Source: a virus (Duplodnaviria > Caudoviricetes). From it: DNA of 55,075 nt. Of the stretch, positions 41,548 through 51,403 are shown piece after piece. Under the pieces are notes generated by a model that saw only the letters and a program-made list of their open reading frames with translations, was not told the origin of the DNA and made no database searches. Numbering within the stretch: position 1 is the stretch's first letter; the number at the start of each line of letters is the position of its first letter. The DNA is taken from the IMG/VR virus record IMGVR_UViG_3300036719_004687, positions 1 to 55,075 of that record; one strand, given 5' to 3'. The position numbers and the translations under genes were made by a program.

Positions 41548-44063
41548 GATGGTGGTGGATCTGGTACGAATGTTCCAGCAGTACCTCCGTCATTACAGGC
41601 GCTACCAGTAAAGGTGGCTGTTCCATTAACAAAACCCTTATTTCGGGATGAAACATTGAAGGTAGCATCTCCGTAAACAGTACCACTAGTATCATTTTCT
41701 GAACTACCATTAAATGTTGCACTATCAACAGTTACAGTTGCATTATTACTAGATGTGCTATTGAAAAAGATCGAACCACCAGCTGCTGACACAATACCGT
41801 TATTGTCTGAGTCGCCATTAAAGTTTACTGCATAACCAGATGAGACATTAACAGTTCCATTATTAGCAGATGTAAGATTGAATGTGGTAGTACCATCTTG
41901 CACGGTACCATTATTTTCTGAACTACCATTAAATATGGTGGTGCAATTATTCCCTCCAACAGTTCCTTTATTAATAGAGGAAACATTAAATGTCGAATCA
42001 ACTTGTACCACACCATTAGTATCATTTTCTGCATTACCATTAAAAGTTGCATTATGAACGATAGATTTATTCTTTGAATAATTATTAAATGTAATAGGAC
42101 CACTGTTAGTTGGTATTGTATTATTATTGGTTGAATAATTATTAAAGATTACTGGTTGACAATTATTAAGTGTTCCATTATTTGTATTTGATGATTCTCC
42201 ATTAAATGTTACTGAAGAGTCGTTAATAGTTCCATCATTGAAGGTAGCATCAGATCCAGAACCATTAAATATTACACTACCTCCACTAACAGTACCAGAA
42301 TTGTAAGATCCAGTATTAAATGTAACAATTGTTGATGAAATTATGCGTCCACCAGAATTGATAGAACCATTATTTAATGTTGTATTTGCACCACTAAGTG
42401 TGGTCCCAAATAATGAGTAAGGCGCAATAGATGAATTATTAAGAGTTGCTGTTTCATAAGTGATATTACCTCTAAGACTACTATTATTAAATATAATAGT
42501 ACCACCATTTACTGTGCCAGTTATCTCAGAACCATTAAATACCATGGTAGACGATCCTGTATGATTTAATATAATTCTACCGGAAATTGATCCGTAAGTA
42601 ATAGTACAATTTTCTGTTACATTAATAATAACTTTCCCATCTATTAATGGACAAGACTGGAAAGAATATATTCCAAACTCACCATCATTACCTACTAGAT
42701 TTGCGCATGTTATGCTAATACCTAAGTCCCCACCACTATTAACTGTGATAGTATTTAGTGTTGGTATAGTAAAATCATTTGGATAACTATCAATAACACC
42801 TTCAATCACAATATTGTTTCCATCACCAGGCAAAGATCCTGCTGGACTATATCCGTCGGCATCTTGCCAATTATTTAAATTGGTCCATTCATTATCAATG
42901 GCCCCTGTGAACTTATAAGCAACTCCTGGTCGAGGATCTCTCCATGCTTGACCATCACCTGTAGTTCCAACAACTAAGGGAGGACAAGTTAATATTGGCG
43001 CTCCCCATTCGTCACACACAAAATCTCCATTATTATTAATTGGTTCAGCACAAGCTCCTTGAGGAGCCCAATTTTGCGAAAAATAACGAGGAGGAAAACG
43101 ATCATCAATAGTACCACATAAACTTATACCATCGCTCCATGAATCAAGGGTGGACCATTCTCCAGCATTACAGTATGCTTGAAGACTAAAATCTTTACCT
43201 CCGAGACTATTATAGAATAATGGTATAAAAGGATAAGGCACATCCATTAGAAAAGCATAATTATTTTGATAACCTATTATTCCACTAGCATAAATATAAT
43301 TATCTTGATCAGTAATTTTCCAAATTGAATACGGTACGCAAGAACCACCTCCGCAGTTTTCACAAATAGAACAATCATATGGCCCACCAATCTGAGTATA
43401 GTCTGGCGGCGGTTCTGCTGCACAAATATAAGTTACACATGGTGATGGTCTATATATTGTTTTTTCATAACAATAAACTTCGGTCCCACAACATCCACTT
43501 ACTATTGGAGGTAAACAAACATTTTGTTTATTATAAGGATCTAAACAAATATTGATGGTCATTTCAACATTTCCGCCAACAGTATCTCTTACAGATACCT
43601 CAAAAGATCTATCATTACATGAAAATAGGATACTAGGATAAGCATTAGGATCTTGACTAGGAATAGGATATGTTGGATCGTTTTGATCAGGTGCTGATCC
43701 GATAGTATGAGCGCCAACACACTCACCATTTTCTGCAAGATAAGGGTGGCCCGGACCAATTGGACCACCACCAGTATCATAGTTTAAATCAATAGTGATA
43801 CTTTGTCCATTTATTAATAAATCATCATCAACACCACCTGAAATATTAATTTCTACTGGTAAAGCATATTCCTCTGGAATAGTAATTGTATGAATATGAT
43901 CACTTTTCGCCCTCGTACAATCTACCCCTGAATAGGGACTAAGCATACTACAAGTTAGTGTAACACAAGTAGATTCTGGACAACCACAACAACAACTTTC
44001 ATTTGCTGCTAATTTATTATTATCAATTAATAATTTACCATTATACAAATATAAGGGACTCAT
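41541..44063 (-). CDS. Beta-solenoid repeat protein, possible fibre or adhesin
   Basis: Cys-rich N-terminal half, WTNLNNW segment, and more than a dozen xFNxxSxNxGTV-type repeats in the C-terminal third. Confidence 0.6.
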   Translation of the reverse strand: MSPLYLYNGKLLIDNNKLAANESCCCGCPESTCVTLTCSMLSPYSGVDCTRAKSDHIHTITIPEEYALPVEINISGGVDDDLLINGQSITIDLNYDTGGGPIGPGHPYLAENGECVGAHTIGSAPDQNDPTYPIPSQDPNAYPSILFSCNDRSFEVSVRDTVGGNVEMTINICLDPYNKQNVCLPPIVSGCCGTEVYCYEKTIYRPSPCVTYICAAEPPPDYTQIGGPYDCSICENCGGGSCVPYSIWKITDQDNYIYASGIIGYQNNYAFLMDVPYPFIPLFYNSLGGKDFSLQAYCNAGEWSTLDSWSDGISLCGTIDDRFPPRYFSQNWAPQGACAEPINNNGDFVCDEWGAPILTCPPLVVGTTGDGQAWRDPRPGVAYKFTGAIDNEWTNLNNWQDADGYSPAGSLPGDGNNIVIEGVIDSYPNDFTIPTLNTITVNSGGDLGISITCANLVGNDGEFGIYSFQSCPLIDGKVIINVTENCTITYGSISGRIILNHTGSSTMVFNGSEITGTVNGGTIIFNNSSLRGNITYETATLNNSSIAPYSLFGTTLSGANTTLNNGSINSGGRIISSTIVTFNTGSYNSGTVSGGSVIFNGSGSDATFNDGTINDSSVTFNGESSNTNNGTLNNCQPVIFNNYSTNNNTIPTNSGPITFNNYSKNKSIVHNATFNGNAENDTNGVVQVDSTFNVSSINKGTVGGNNCTTIFNGSSENNGTVQDGTTTFNLTSANNGTVNVSSGYAVNFNGDSDNNGIVSAAGGSIFFNSTSSNNATVTVDSATFNGSSENDTSGTVYGDATFNVSSRNKGFVNGTATFTGSACNDGGTAGTFVPDPPPSC

Positions 44064-44392
44064 TACTTATCCTTAGAGTCTTTACTCCATTTGTGCCATC
44101 CCTTATTAGGTAAATAGTTACCATCATCATCCTTACGTTTAGGAAATAATGTGCCACCCTTTTTGTGTTGACCAAATGCAAGGATAGCGCCACAATCAGC
44201 ACACCTTAATTCGTAATAGTCATTACCCTCAACATTACGAACAACAAATCTAAGGTTGGTACTACCACATAGCCCACACTTTTCTTCAGCAAAAATTTCT
44301 TGAATTAGTGCTAGTTCTTTAAAAATTTCTTTTTGACCAGAACCCTCTAATTCAAACTCTAATTTATCACCAACCTTATATTTGACTTTCAT
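44063..44392 (-). CDS. Zinc-ribbon protein, function unknown
   Basis: CGLC...CADC; SD GGAG upstream. Confidence 0.65.
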   Translation of the reverse strand: MKVKYKVGDKLEFELEGSGQKEIFKELALIQEIFAEEKCGLCGSTNLRFVVRNVEGNDYYELRCADCGAILAFGQHKKGGTLFPKRKDDDGNYLPNKGWHKWSKDSKDK

Positions 44393-44402
44393 AATTTACT
44401 CC

Positions 44403-45131
44403 CTATTTCCAGTTTGGATCATACCCAATAATTTCTTGGGGTACTGAATTGTTTTGTTGAAATCCTGATAATGTAGTAATAGTTTTTACAGCATCATCAT
44501 ATGATATATGATAGATATTACTATGGTTTATAGCAAGATGATCTAATAATTTTTTGATATTAATATTTAGCCTTTTTCCAAAAACATCAAAGAAATTTAA
44601 TTGGCTATGATTAATCGTATTACTATTATCTTGATCATGATCCACAACATCCTTAGCAATTTCATCAGCGGTCACCACCTTACGCAATTTGAGCGCTTTT
44701 CTTAGTGCTCGTCCTTCTGCTCGTGTTTCTGCAACAGCAACAGGATGATTGCGGAATATCTTGTCGCAATTACCCCAATAAACGTCAGCAGCCGCGCTTA
44801 CAGACCTGTATTTTAAACTTTCGGGGACTGACTCATCATTTAAAACATAGTCCATCGTGTAAACCACAGTGGCTCGTCTTTCATTGGCCAAATCAGGAGA
44901 TTGCATCACTTTAGGTTCAGCATTAATAACTGTACACTCTAATACTGTTTCAAAAATACGTCTTAAACCATCCGTAGTAGGATTACCATTAATTTTTTCA
45001 TCTTCGCCCAATAAACTTAAGACATAATCAGTCCATTCCGGTTGATTGGGAGCTACGGTTTTATGATTGGTTTCTACTGACACTGTATCGTTAACGGTCT
45101 CTGTAGTACTTTCTTTTTTGGGTCTACCCAT
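44403..45131 (-). CDS. Putative single-strand annealing protein (Rad52/Sak-like)
   Basis: ATVVY...SAAADV...AVAETRAEGRALRKAL pattern; SD GGAG. Confidence 0.5.
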   Translation of the reverse strand: MGRPKKESTTETVNDTVSVETNHKTVAPNQPEWTDYVLSLLGEDEKINGNPTTDGLRRIFETVLECTVINAEPKVMQSPDLANERRATVVYTMDYVLNDESVPESLKYRSVSAAADVYWGNCDKIFRNHPVAVAETRAEGRALRKALKLRKVVTADEIAKDVVDHDQDNSNTINHSQLNFFDVFGKRLNINIKKLLDHLAINHSNIYHISYDDAVKTITTLSGFQQNNSVPQEIIGYDPNWK

Positions 45132-45924
45132 TATAATCTCCTATTTCTATATTCCTATTATCTTGGTTTGGAAATTGTTTACTAATTTGATCAATATATA
45201 TTTTAAGATTATTATATATTGTTTTTGCTCTGGCTTTAGAAAAATCCTTAGTTTGTTTAATTCTAATTAATACTAATCCTTTACCGAGAATTAATCCTGT
45301 TTTTTTATCGTCGTATCCTTTATTTCTTTTTAGATTTTCTTGACCCCACACAGGTTTGAAGTGTGATGGTCCATCAACCTCTATGGCTATATTTAGTTTA
45401 GGTAAGAATAAATCAATTTGCAACTTGGTATTTAATAACGACTGCTCTTTGTGAAAATCTACCTTAAATCCATCAGCCAACAACTCTGTTAATAAGAACT
45501 TCTCTAACTTAGATCCGCTTTTACTAGCCTCTCTAACTGCATTATTGGCTTCTCTTAAGATGTTTTCTTTTATATCTTCAGATAAATTTTCCCAATTTTG
45601 TCTTGCTTTATCTTTACGTTTTTGAATGGTTTTAGCATCCATATTCTCCCAGGAATTCATAACAGACAAACCAATCTTACTTTTTACATCTTCTGATCTT
45701 TGAGTTCCCTGGGTAGGATGCGTTGCTGTACCATTTTTCAATGCGTTTTTTTGAGCTTCGCTTTTATCTTTAATTTTAATACCAAATTTAATAGCATCTC
45801 TGCGTATCTTGTTGGCATATGTATTGTATTTTTCAGCTATTTCCCTAAAACTATGATTAAGATTCTCATACTCTTTGGTTAATAGATCTTTTTTTTGTTT
45901 ATCAGATAATTTGAGATAATTCAT
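45124..45924 (-). CDS. Vsr/DUF559-like endonuclease with an N-terminal HTH and basic repeats (homing endonuclease-like)
   Basis: SFREIAEKY HTH, SKLEKFL, IDLFLP..NIAIEVDGPSHF, DDKK and LIRIK. Confidence 0.7.
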   Translation of the reverse strand: MNYLKLSDKQKKDLLTKEYENLNHSFREIAEKYNTYANKIRRDAIKFGIKIKDKSEAQKNALKNGTATHPTQGTQRSEDVKSKIGLSVMNSWENMDAKTIQKRKDKARQNWENLSEDIKENILREANNAVREASKSGSKLEKFLLTELLADGFKVDFHKEQSLLNTKLQIDLFLPKLNIAIEVDGPSHFKPVWGQENLKRNKGYDDKKTGLILGKGLVLIRIKQTKDFSKARAKTIYNNLKIYIDQISKQFPNQDNRNIEIGDYNG

Positions 45925-46279
45925 TATTATTCACCCATAATATTTCATTGCCATTTTCTGTTAATACTAAACACTTTTTCAGCGTATTTCTATCTATACT
46001 ATTATAGTCATTTATATATATTGCTATATCACAAATGATAGAGTCTTTATATTGTAAATAGTCTTCTATATTGAGAAACACAAGTAATCCATCATATGAA
46101 ATTAGATAATATGGATTAATAATACCATAATCATTAATACTAATATTCATATTATTAGTAAAAATACAAAAATCATCATAATCCTTGGTGGAATTTTTAA
46201 TTTTTTCAATTAGGTCTATATGATCACCAAGATTATCTGTAAAAATCGCTAGTTTTTTATTGTTTATGCTGATTGACAT
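45902..46279 (-). CDS. Hypothetical protein (125 aa)
   Basis: Overlapping ORF within the operon. Confidence 0.55.
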   Translation of the reverse strand: MSISINNKKLAIFTDNLGDHIDLIEKIKNSTKDYDDFCIFTNNMNISINDYGIINPYYLISYDGLLVFLNIEDYLQYKDSIICDIAIYINDYNSIDRNTLKKCLVLTENGNEILWVNNNELSQII

Positions 46280-46875
46280 GATTTTATCTTTAAGTTGAGA
46301 TCTATCATCTTATTAAGAATTTCAAAAATAAAATGATTATGATTCATAGGGTTAGAAATTAAACTTTTAAAATTATTAATATGGTCTTTAGATATAAAAT
46401 ATATTTCTGATAAATAGTTATCCAAATCATACGCAATATTATATACGTTCTGGTTTTGTACAATACATCCAAGTCGAGTTTTATTTTTTGAGTTTATAAA
46501 AACCTGTGACTCGTTACTTAATTTAAAAGAACCAAATGTCGCTGGTTTAATAATGTGATCTCCAAAAAATATAATGCAGTCATCGTTTAAATATTCTTTT
46601 ACTAAACTTAAACTATATACATTATTATGATCATCGTAGTGTGGATTATAAATTAGCTTAATCTTTGGATAACTTAAAATATTTTTATTGATATAAGAAA
46701 TAAATCGTTTATTATCAAATCCATATACATATATAATATTCGCATTAGGGAAAATAGAATGTAGAGTTTTGTATTGATGAGATATAATGTTTTTATTATT
46801 ATACTTGATAAGACCAACACATCCTCTAGATTTCATTCTTTTTTGATATTTATCACCTAATATAATTATATTCAT
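46264..46875 (-). CDS. Nucleotidyltransferase-like protein (LicC/NTP-transferase fold, divergent)
   Basis: MNIIILG...RMKS, IIYVYGF, IYNPHY...NNVYSL and IIFFGD. Confidence 0.65.
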   Translation of the reverse strand: MNIIILGDKYQKRMKSRGCVGLIKYNNKNIISHQYKTLHSIFPNANIIYVYGFDNKRFISYINKNILSYPKIKLIYNPHYDDHNNVYSLSLVKEYLNDDCIIFFGDHIIKPATFGSFKLSNESQVFINSKNKTRLGCIVQNQNVYNIAYDLDNYLSEIYFISKDHINNFKSLISNPMNHNHFIFEILNKMIDLNLKIKSCQSA

Positions 46876-47630
46876 ATAATATTAAATTTATTAGTATTAC
46901 TTAATAGATTGTTGCCATGAAATGCGTCAAACCTATAAACAAGACTACTAAATACTATACATGATTTATCTTTATTACTCAATACGTCAAATTGATCCAA
47001 ATCCTCATGTACCACCCTATTAGTGGTTTTTATCATGTGTGTTAAATCATTATTAAATTGTTCATTGTTCACAATAAATCTATACTTGGGATTCATTGTT
47101 ATAATGTTATGTAATATACTGCTATAGGATAGTGATAGATCCAAAATAGTTTGGATTCTCCACATATATTTAACGGAGTATTTCTGTAATAGTTCTTCAA
47201 TATTAGTATATTGTAATGATTTATCATTATCAACATATCTAATAAGAATGAGTTTTTTAGGTTGAATTTCACACTCTGAAATCTGTTTCAACATTATGTC
47301 TAGTTGATCCAGAGTAATATTTTTTAAATTAATTGTTAATAAATAATCTAAAGTATTAGTTTCTAAAAATTTATTGATTTTATCTTCAACAGTAGCGTCT
47401 TGTAAATCAAATTGTTTGAACCATTTGTTTTCTCTGTATCCCAAACATTTTTTGCCATTTATAATATAAAATTCTTTCTCGTCATCATATGCTTCTAATA
47501 CAGACACATTTTTATTTTTATATTTATCTATATATTTGAGATTACAGTCTATTTGAGTGTTATTATTAAACTCTGCAAATACACAGTTTTTACACGGAGT
47601 GTGAATAGTATTAATTTGCTCGTTTATCAT
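46872..47630 (-). CDS. Hypothetical protein with an N-terminal Cys cluster
   Basis: CKNCVFA...C...C; coupled to both neighbours by ATGA overlaps. Confidence 0.6.
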   Translation of the reverse strand: MINEQINTIHTPCKNCVFAEFNNNTQIDCNLKYIDKYKNKNVSVLEAYDDEKEFYIINGKKCLGYRENKWFKQFDLQDATVEDKINKFLETNTLDYLLTINLKNITLDQLDIMLKQISECEIQPKKLILIRYVDNDKSLQYTNIEELLQKYSVKYMWRIQTILDLSLSYSSILHNIITMNPKYRFIVNNEQFNNDLTHMIKTTNRVVHEDLDQFDVLSNKDKSCIVFSSLVYRFDAFHGNNLLSNTNKFNII

Positions 47631-49276
47631 ATAAAGTCTTCTTTAACTATTTGTTGAGGATTAACTCTCATCTTTTCGCACATAATTTTATTATTTAATA
47701 ATCCTTCCAAAACATCTATGCTATATTGTTTATTTATAGTCATTATGTTGCCATTTTTAGCAATAATGCCATTAGTAACATCTTTTATGAGTGTTTGTAT
47801 ATTAGCCGTGTTTAATAAATATGGATCATTTATTACATTTAAACAAATAAATTCTATAAAATCTTTATCATTTAAACCCTTTGGAACCTTTAGGGACATA
47901 TTTTTAATCTGTGGAATATTTTTGTCATCCCAAGATAATTTTTTAGTAATATCTATAGAATCAAAAGCTTCTTCCCATACGCTATATACATTATCCCAAG
48001 AGTATAAAGAGATACATTTATTACGAATATTAGTTCTGTTAGCTTGACGAGTATCTATTGATTTATTAATGAAAAAATCATACAATACTTGTGCTGTAAA
48101 GTCATTATCTGGATATGCTCTATCAGCATTAATTTCCATCTCTCTAAACATTCTATCTACCCGCAACTTTATACCATCAAGCTTCTCTACAATTTCTGTC
48201 ATTGCACTATAGTCTACAGAAGCTATTTGAACACCACAGGCCGCTGCTTCAACTTGTGGCATACCAAATCCTTCGCATATTGCATATTGAATGAATATAT
48301 CAAATAAATTATATATATTATTCAGTTCCTGTGTTGTTACCCCATTCATAGGACTAGACATATGTACTGCTTTAGCTCCGCACTTAGTACAATTTGTCAC
48401 ACCAGGATGAAACTTACTAGGATGAGAATCTCCACAGTTTTTGCATTTATATGTAAAATAAATCTTGTCTAGTAAGCCATATTCGGACAATAAAGCAGGA
48501 AGATCCCAACCATTATCTTCTGGATAAGAAGTATGTAAATATAGATATGTTTTATCATAAACATCTTTGTGTCCTGATTGTTTTAAGTTGTTTAAAAAAG
48601 ACTTAAAAGCAATCATAATATCAGCAAGTAGTTTGCGTTTTTGATTACGCATAACTAAACCAACTACGTTTATATCCTTACCAAAATATTTGATTTTATG
48701 CTCTTTTTGGTTTTCTATAATATAAAAATCTTGTGGATTAATACCAGCATTGGCTACTCTAGGAAATAGATTTATATTCTTGCCACATGATTGTGTAAGA
48801 ACTTTTTTGGCCCAATCGGTATATGGAATAATTAGTTCTGCGTTTTTATATGTATAAAGCCAGTCTGTTTTGGGCGGTGTTGAATCAGTAGTTGGCATGA
48901 TTAGCCAATGAAAATGATGTCTATAAGGACTCATATCCTGATATGCATACATCCAATAATCTCGAACATCAAAAACTATATGTGGTTTAAAATCAATTAA
49001 ACACCTATTAAATCTCCATAAGCCAAATTGATTGAGCATATTAGCTTTGTACTGCTCAACACGAGAATCATTAGCGGCCACAGCATTAGGATAAAATTTC
49101 CATGGTATATTTTTAATTTTAGGATTATCTTTATCGCAATAGCATCCTAATTCTGCTACCTCGTATTTGTCACTTTTGTGTATACGAGATATAATTTCTT
49201 TACCGTAGATTCCGTATCCAGTATCTAAAATACTAGCATCATTAGCAATAAAAATTTTCTTTTTTTGATGTTTCAT
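47627..49276 (-). CDS. GT4-like glycosyltransferase with a Zn-ribbon insertion
   Basis: TGYG, MRNQKRK, CKNC...CTKC and EGFGMPQVEAAACG. Confidence 0.88.
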   Translation of the reverse strand: MKHQKKKIFIANDASILDTGYGIYGKEIISRIHKSDKYEVAELGCYCDKDNPKIKNIPWKFYPNAVAANDSRVEQYKANMLNQFGLWRFNRCLIDFKPHIVFDVRDYWMYAYQDMSPYRHHFHWLIMPTTDSTPPKTDWLYTYKNAELIIPYTDWAKKVLTQSCGKNINLFPRVANAGINPQDFYIIENQKEHKIKYFGKDINVVGLVMRNQKRKLLADIMIAFKSFLNNLKQSGHKDVYDKTYLYLHTSYPEDNGWDLPALLSEYGLLDKIYFTYKCKNCGDSHPSKFHPGVTNCTKCGAKAVHMSSPMNGVTTQELNNIYNLFDIFIQYAICEGFGMPQVEAAACGVQIASVDYSAMTEIVEKLDGIKLRVDRMFREMEINADRAYPDNDFTAQVLYDFFINKSIDTRQANRTNIRNKCISLYSWDNVYSVWEEAFDSIDITKKLSWDDKNIPQIKNMSLKVPKGLNDKDFIEFICLNVINDPYLLNTANIQTLIKDVTNGIIAKNGNIMTINKQYSIDVLEGLLNNKIMCEKMRVNPQQIVKEDFI

Positions 49277-49284
49277 TGTTTGAA

Positions 49285-49330
49285 CTAAGAAAAATCTCTA
49301 GTAACATTATATTACTAGAGATTCTCTTAG
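49285..49330 (-). terminator. Terminator-like hairpin downstream of ssb
   Basis: Perfect 12-bp stem AATCTCTAGTAA/TTACTAGAGATT, extendable by CTAAGA/TCTTAG, with a T-rich tail on the minus strand. Confidence 0.65.
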
Positions 49331-49345
49331 ATATCCTTTATAAGA

Positions 49346-49711
49346 TCAGAATGCTACAGTAGCAGAGTCTGTGCTCTTTTCGCTCTTCTTTGTCTTAGTA
49401 ATCTTAGCAAAATTGTTAACACGAACCTTTAGGGTACTGTGCTTAACACCATCCTTTTCCCAACTGTCATTGCGTAATGAACCTTCGACCATAACTAGAT
49501 CACCCTTCTTGAAAGATGAACCAATGGCCTCGGCACCACTATCCCATGCTTCACATTGGATAAAAGATGTAACCTTATCTTGTTCGCCATTAGCTTTAGT
49601 AAACTCTCTTGATACTGCAACTGTAAAATTTACTACAGCAGTTTGCTTTTCTCCAACTACTCTGAGTTCAGGATCTCTGGCAAGGTTACCACGCAACATA
49701 ACAATATTCAT
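49346..49711 (-). CDS. ssb: Single-stranded DNA-binding protein
   Basis: MNIVMLRGNLARDPELR, FTVAVSR, FIQCEAW and KGDLVMVEGSLR; SD AAGGAG. Confidence 0.95.
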   Translation of the reverse strand: MNIVMLRGNLARDPELRVVGEKQTAVVNFTVAVSREFTKANGEQDKVTSFIQCEAWDSGAEAIGSSFKKGDLVMVEGSLRNDSWEKDGVKHSTLKVRVNNFAKITKTKKSEKSTDSATVAF

Positions 49712-49762
49712 AAAATCTCCTTTTAAAGTAAATAAACCAACAGTTTGGATCGAAACATCTAT

Positions 49763-49790
49763 ATGATATACCGGCGGTATGGATTGTCAA
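49763..49790 (-). promoter_or_regulatory. Sigma70-like promoter for ssb
   Basis: TTGACA (49790-49785), 16 nt spacer, TATCAT (49768-49763). The -35 overlaps the dnaE-C stop codon. Confidence 0.65.
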
Positions 49791-51403
49791 GTTTTGGCGA
49801 TGTATGCTTTTTCCACTATCAGACCATCACCATTTTTAGACTTATTACCCTTGACAATTATAATATTTCCAGTGAACAATAAGTTTTTGTATTCTTTAAA
49901 CTTTTCTGGAAAAAAGACTACTGAATCTATAGACCCCGTAGTATCTGTCATTGTTACAAAAGCCATTTCCTGACCTGGAGTTTTTCCGCTCTTTGTTTTT
50001 GTAATATTAATATTATCTAATTCACCACCCAATATAAGATTATCTTTCATAGTAGTATTTTTTAGTTCTCTACAAGTAATATTAGTCATGCTAATATCAT
50101 ACATGTCCAGTTTAGAACATGTAATAGAACAACCCAGTAAAGAATCCTCAGCATCTGCTATCCATTCTGGTGAATCATCTAAAGAATACGGAGGAAAATT
50201 AATAGAATAAATAGCATCATCTATAATTTTTTTACGGTTCTTATTTAGCCTAGGCATAGAAGACAATGATTCCAAACACTCTTTAAAGTTTTTTAGCTTA
50301 GAGAGATTGTTGTTGATATGCTCTAATTCTTTCTTAGTAAGAATAGATACTAAACCGTATTCAAAAAGCATTTTATTTCTAGTAATTGGAATAAAAGACA
50401 AAGCACCAGATTGTATAAGCGCTTTAGCTGCTGTTGAATTAATATTTGGAAGTATTTTACATAAGTAATCTAGCCATGTTAGATTTAATATATCGTGTTT
50501 AGATAACAACTCAATAAGCTTATCAAATACAGATTTTCCCACACCTTTAATATCTGTGATACCAAAATAAATTTGATTATTTTTCAATATAAAAAATTCA
50601 TTCAAATTCCTAATATCCGGCGTCTTAACAGAAATATCCATTTCGTTGGCATTTTGTACCAACTCTTTAATTTCTGCTTGAGGATCTATTTTATCCTTAG
50701 CAAAACGTAAGTATGATGCAAAAAAGATTTTGGGAAAATGTGCTTTAGTATAGGCTGATAAATATGCATTAATAGCATAGCTTACAGAGTGTGACTTATT
50801 AAAAGAATATCTTTGGCTTTTTTCTATCCACCCGAAAATCTGCTCTGCTTCTTCAGTATTAACTATACCAAGCTTAGTGGAACCTTCTAAAAATTTAGAT
50901 TTAACTTTAGCCATTTCTTCTGGCTTTTTCTTACCAATGGCTTTTCTTAACATATCTGCTTCTTGCAGATTAAAACCAGCGATTACTTTTGTAATTTCCA
51001 TCGCTTGTTCTTGATATACCATTTCTCCATACGTATTCTTTAATACAGGTTCTAATGAAGCGTGGAAATAATCGACAGACTCTAATCCATTCTTTTTATC
51101 AATATAATGATTACTAACCGTTTTGCCTTCTCTAACTGCCTCTAAACATCCTGGTCGCATAATACTAATTAGGGCCGACAATTGCTCTATATTTTCTGGT
51201 TTCAATTTTTTAGCCATAGACCTACCAAGTCTAGATTCTAATTGGAAACAACCCTTAGTATTACCACTAGAGATTAAATCCCAAGTTCTAGAACAATCCA
51301 GATTGATATTTTCTATGGTAGGATCAAAATTAATCTTTTTATTATCTTCTTGTTCAGAAACATCAAAAGAACAACCGCACGGATATTGAAACTTTTTAGC
51401 CAT
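49787..51403 (-). CDS. dnaE: DNA polymerase III alpha, C-terminal part (fingers, HhH, OB fold)
   Basis: GCFQLES, MRPG, VYQEQAM, ADMLRKAIGKK, YSFNKSHSVSYA, IKGVG and MAFVTMTD. Confidence 0.93.
   Translation of the reverse strand: MAKKFQYPCGCSFDVSEQEDNKKINFDPTIENINLDCSRTWDLISSGNTKGCFQLESRLGRSMAKKLKPENIEQLSALISIMRPGCLEAVREGKTVSNHYIDKKNGLESVDYFHASLEPVLKNTYGEMVYQEQAMEITKVIAGFNLQEADMLRKAIGKKKPEEMAKVKSKFLEGSTKLGIVNTEEAEQIFGWIEKSQRYSFNKSHSVSYAINAYLSAYTKAHFPKIFFASYLRFAKDKIDPQAEIKELVQNANEMDISVKTPDIRNLNEFFILKNNQIYFGITDIKGVGKSVFDKLIELLSKHDILNLTWLDYLCKILPNINSTAAKALIQSGALSFIPITRNKMLFEYGLVSILTKKELEHINNNLSKLKNFKECLESLSSMPRLNKNRKKIIDDAIYSINFPPYSLDDSPEWIADAEDSLLGCSITCSKLDMYDISMTNITCRELKNTTMKDNLILGGELDNINITKTKSGKTPGQEMAFVTMTDTTGSIDSVVFFPEKFKEYKNLLFTGNIIIVKGNKSKNGDGLIVEKAYIAKT

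Noticed and set aside
41580-42550. Diversity-generating retroelement template and variable repeats
   Set aside because: The repeats are degenerate protein repeats with differences not limited to adenines, and no reverse transcriptase is in the window.
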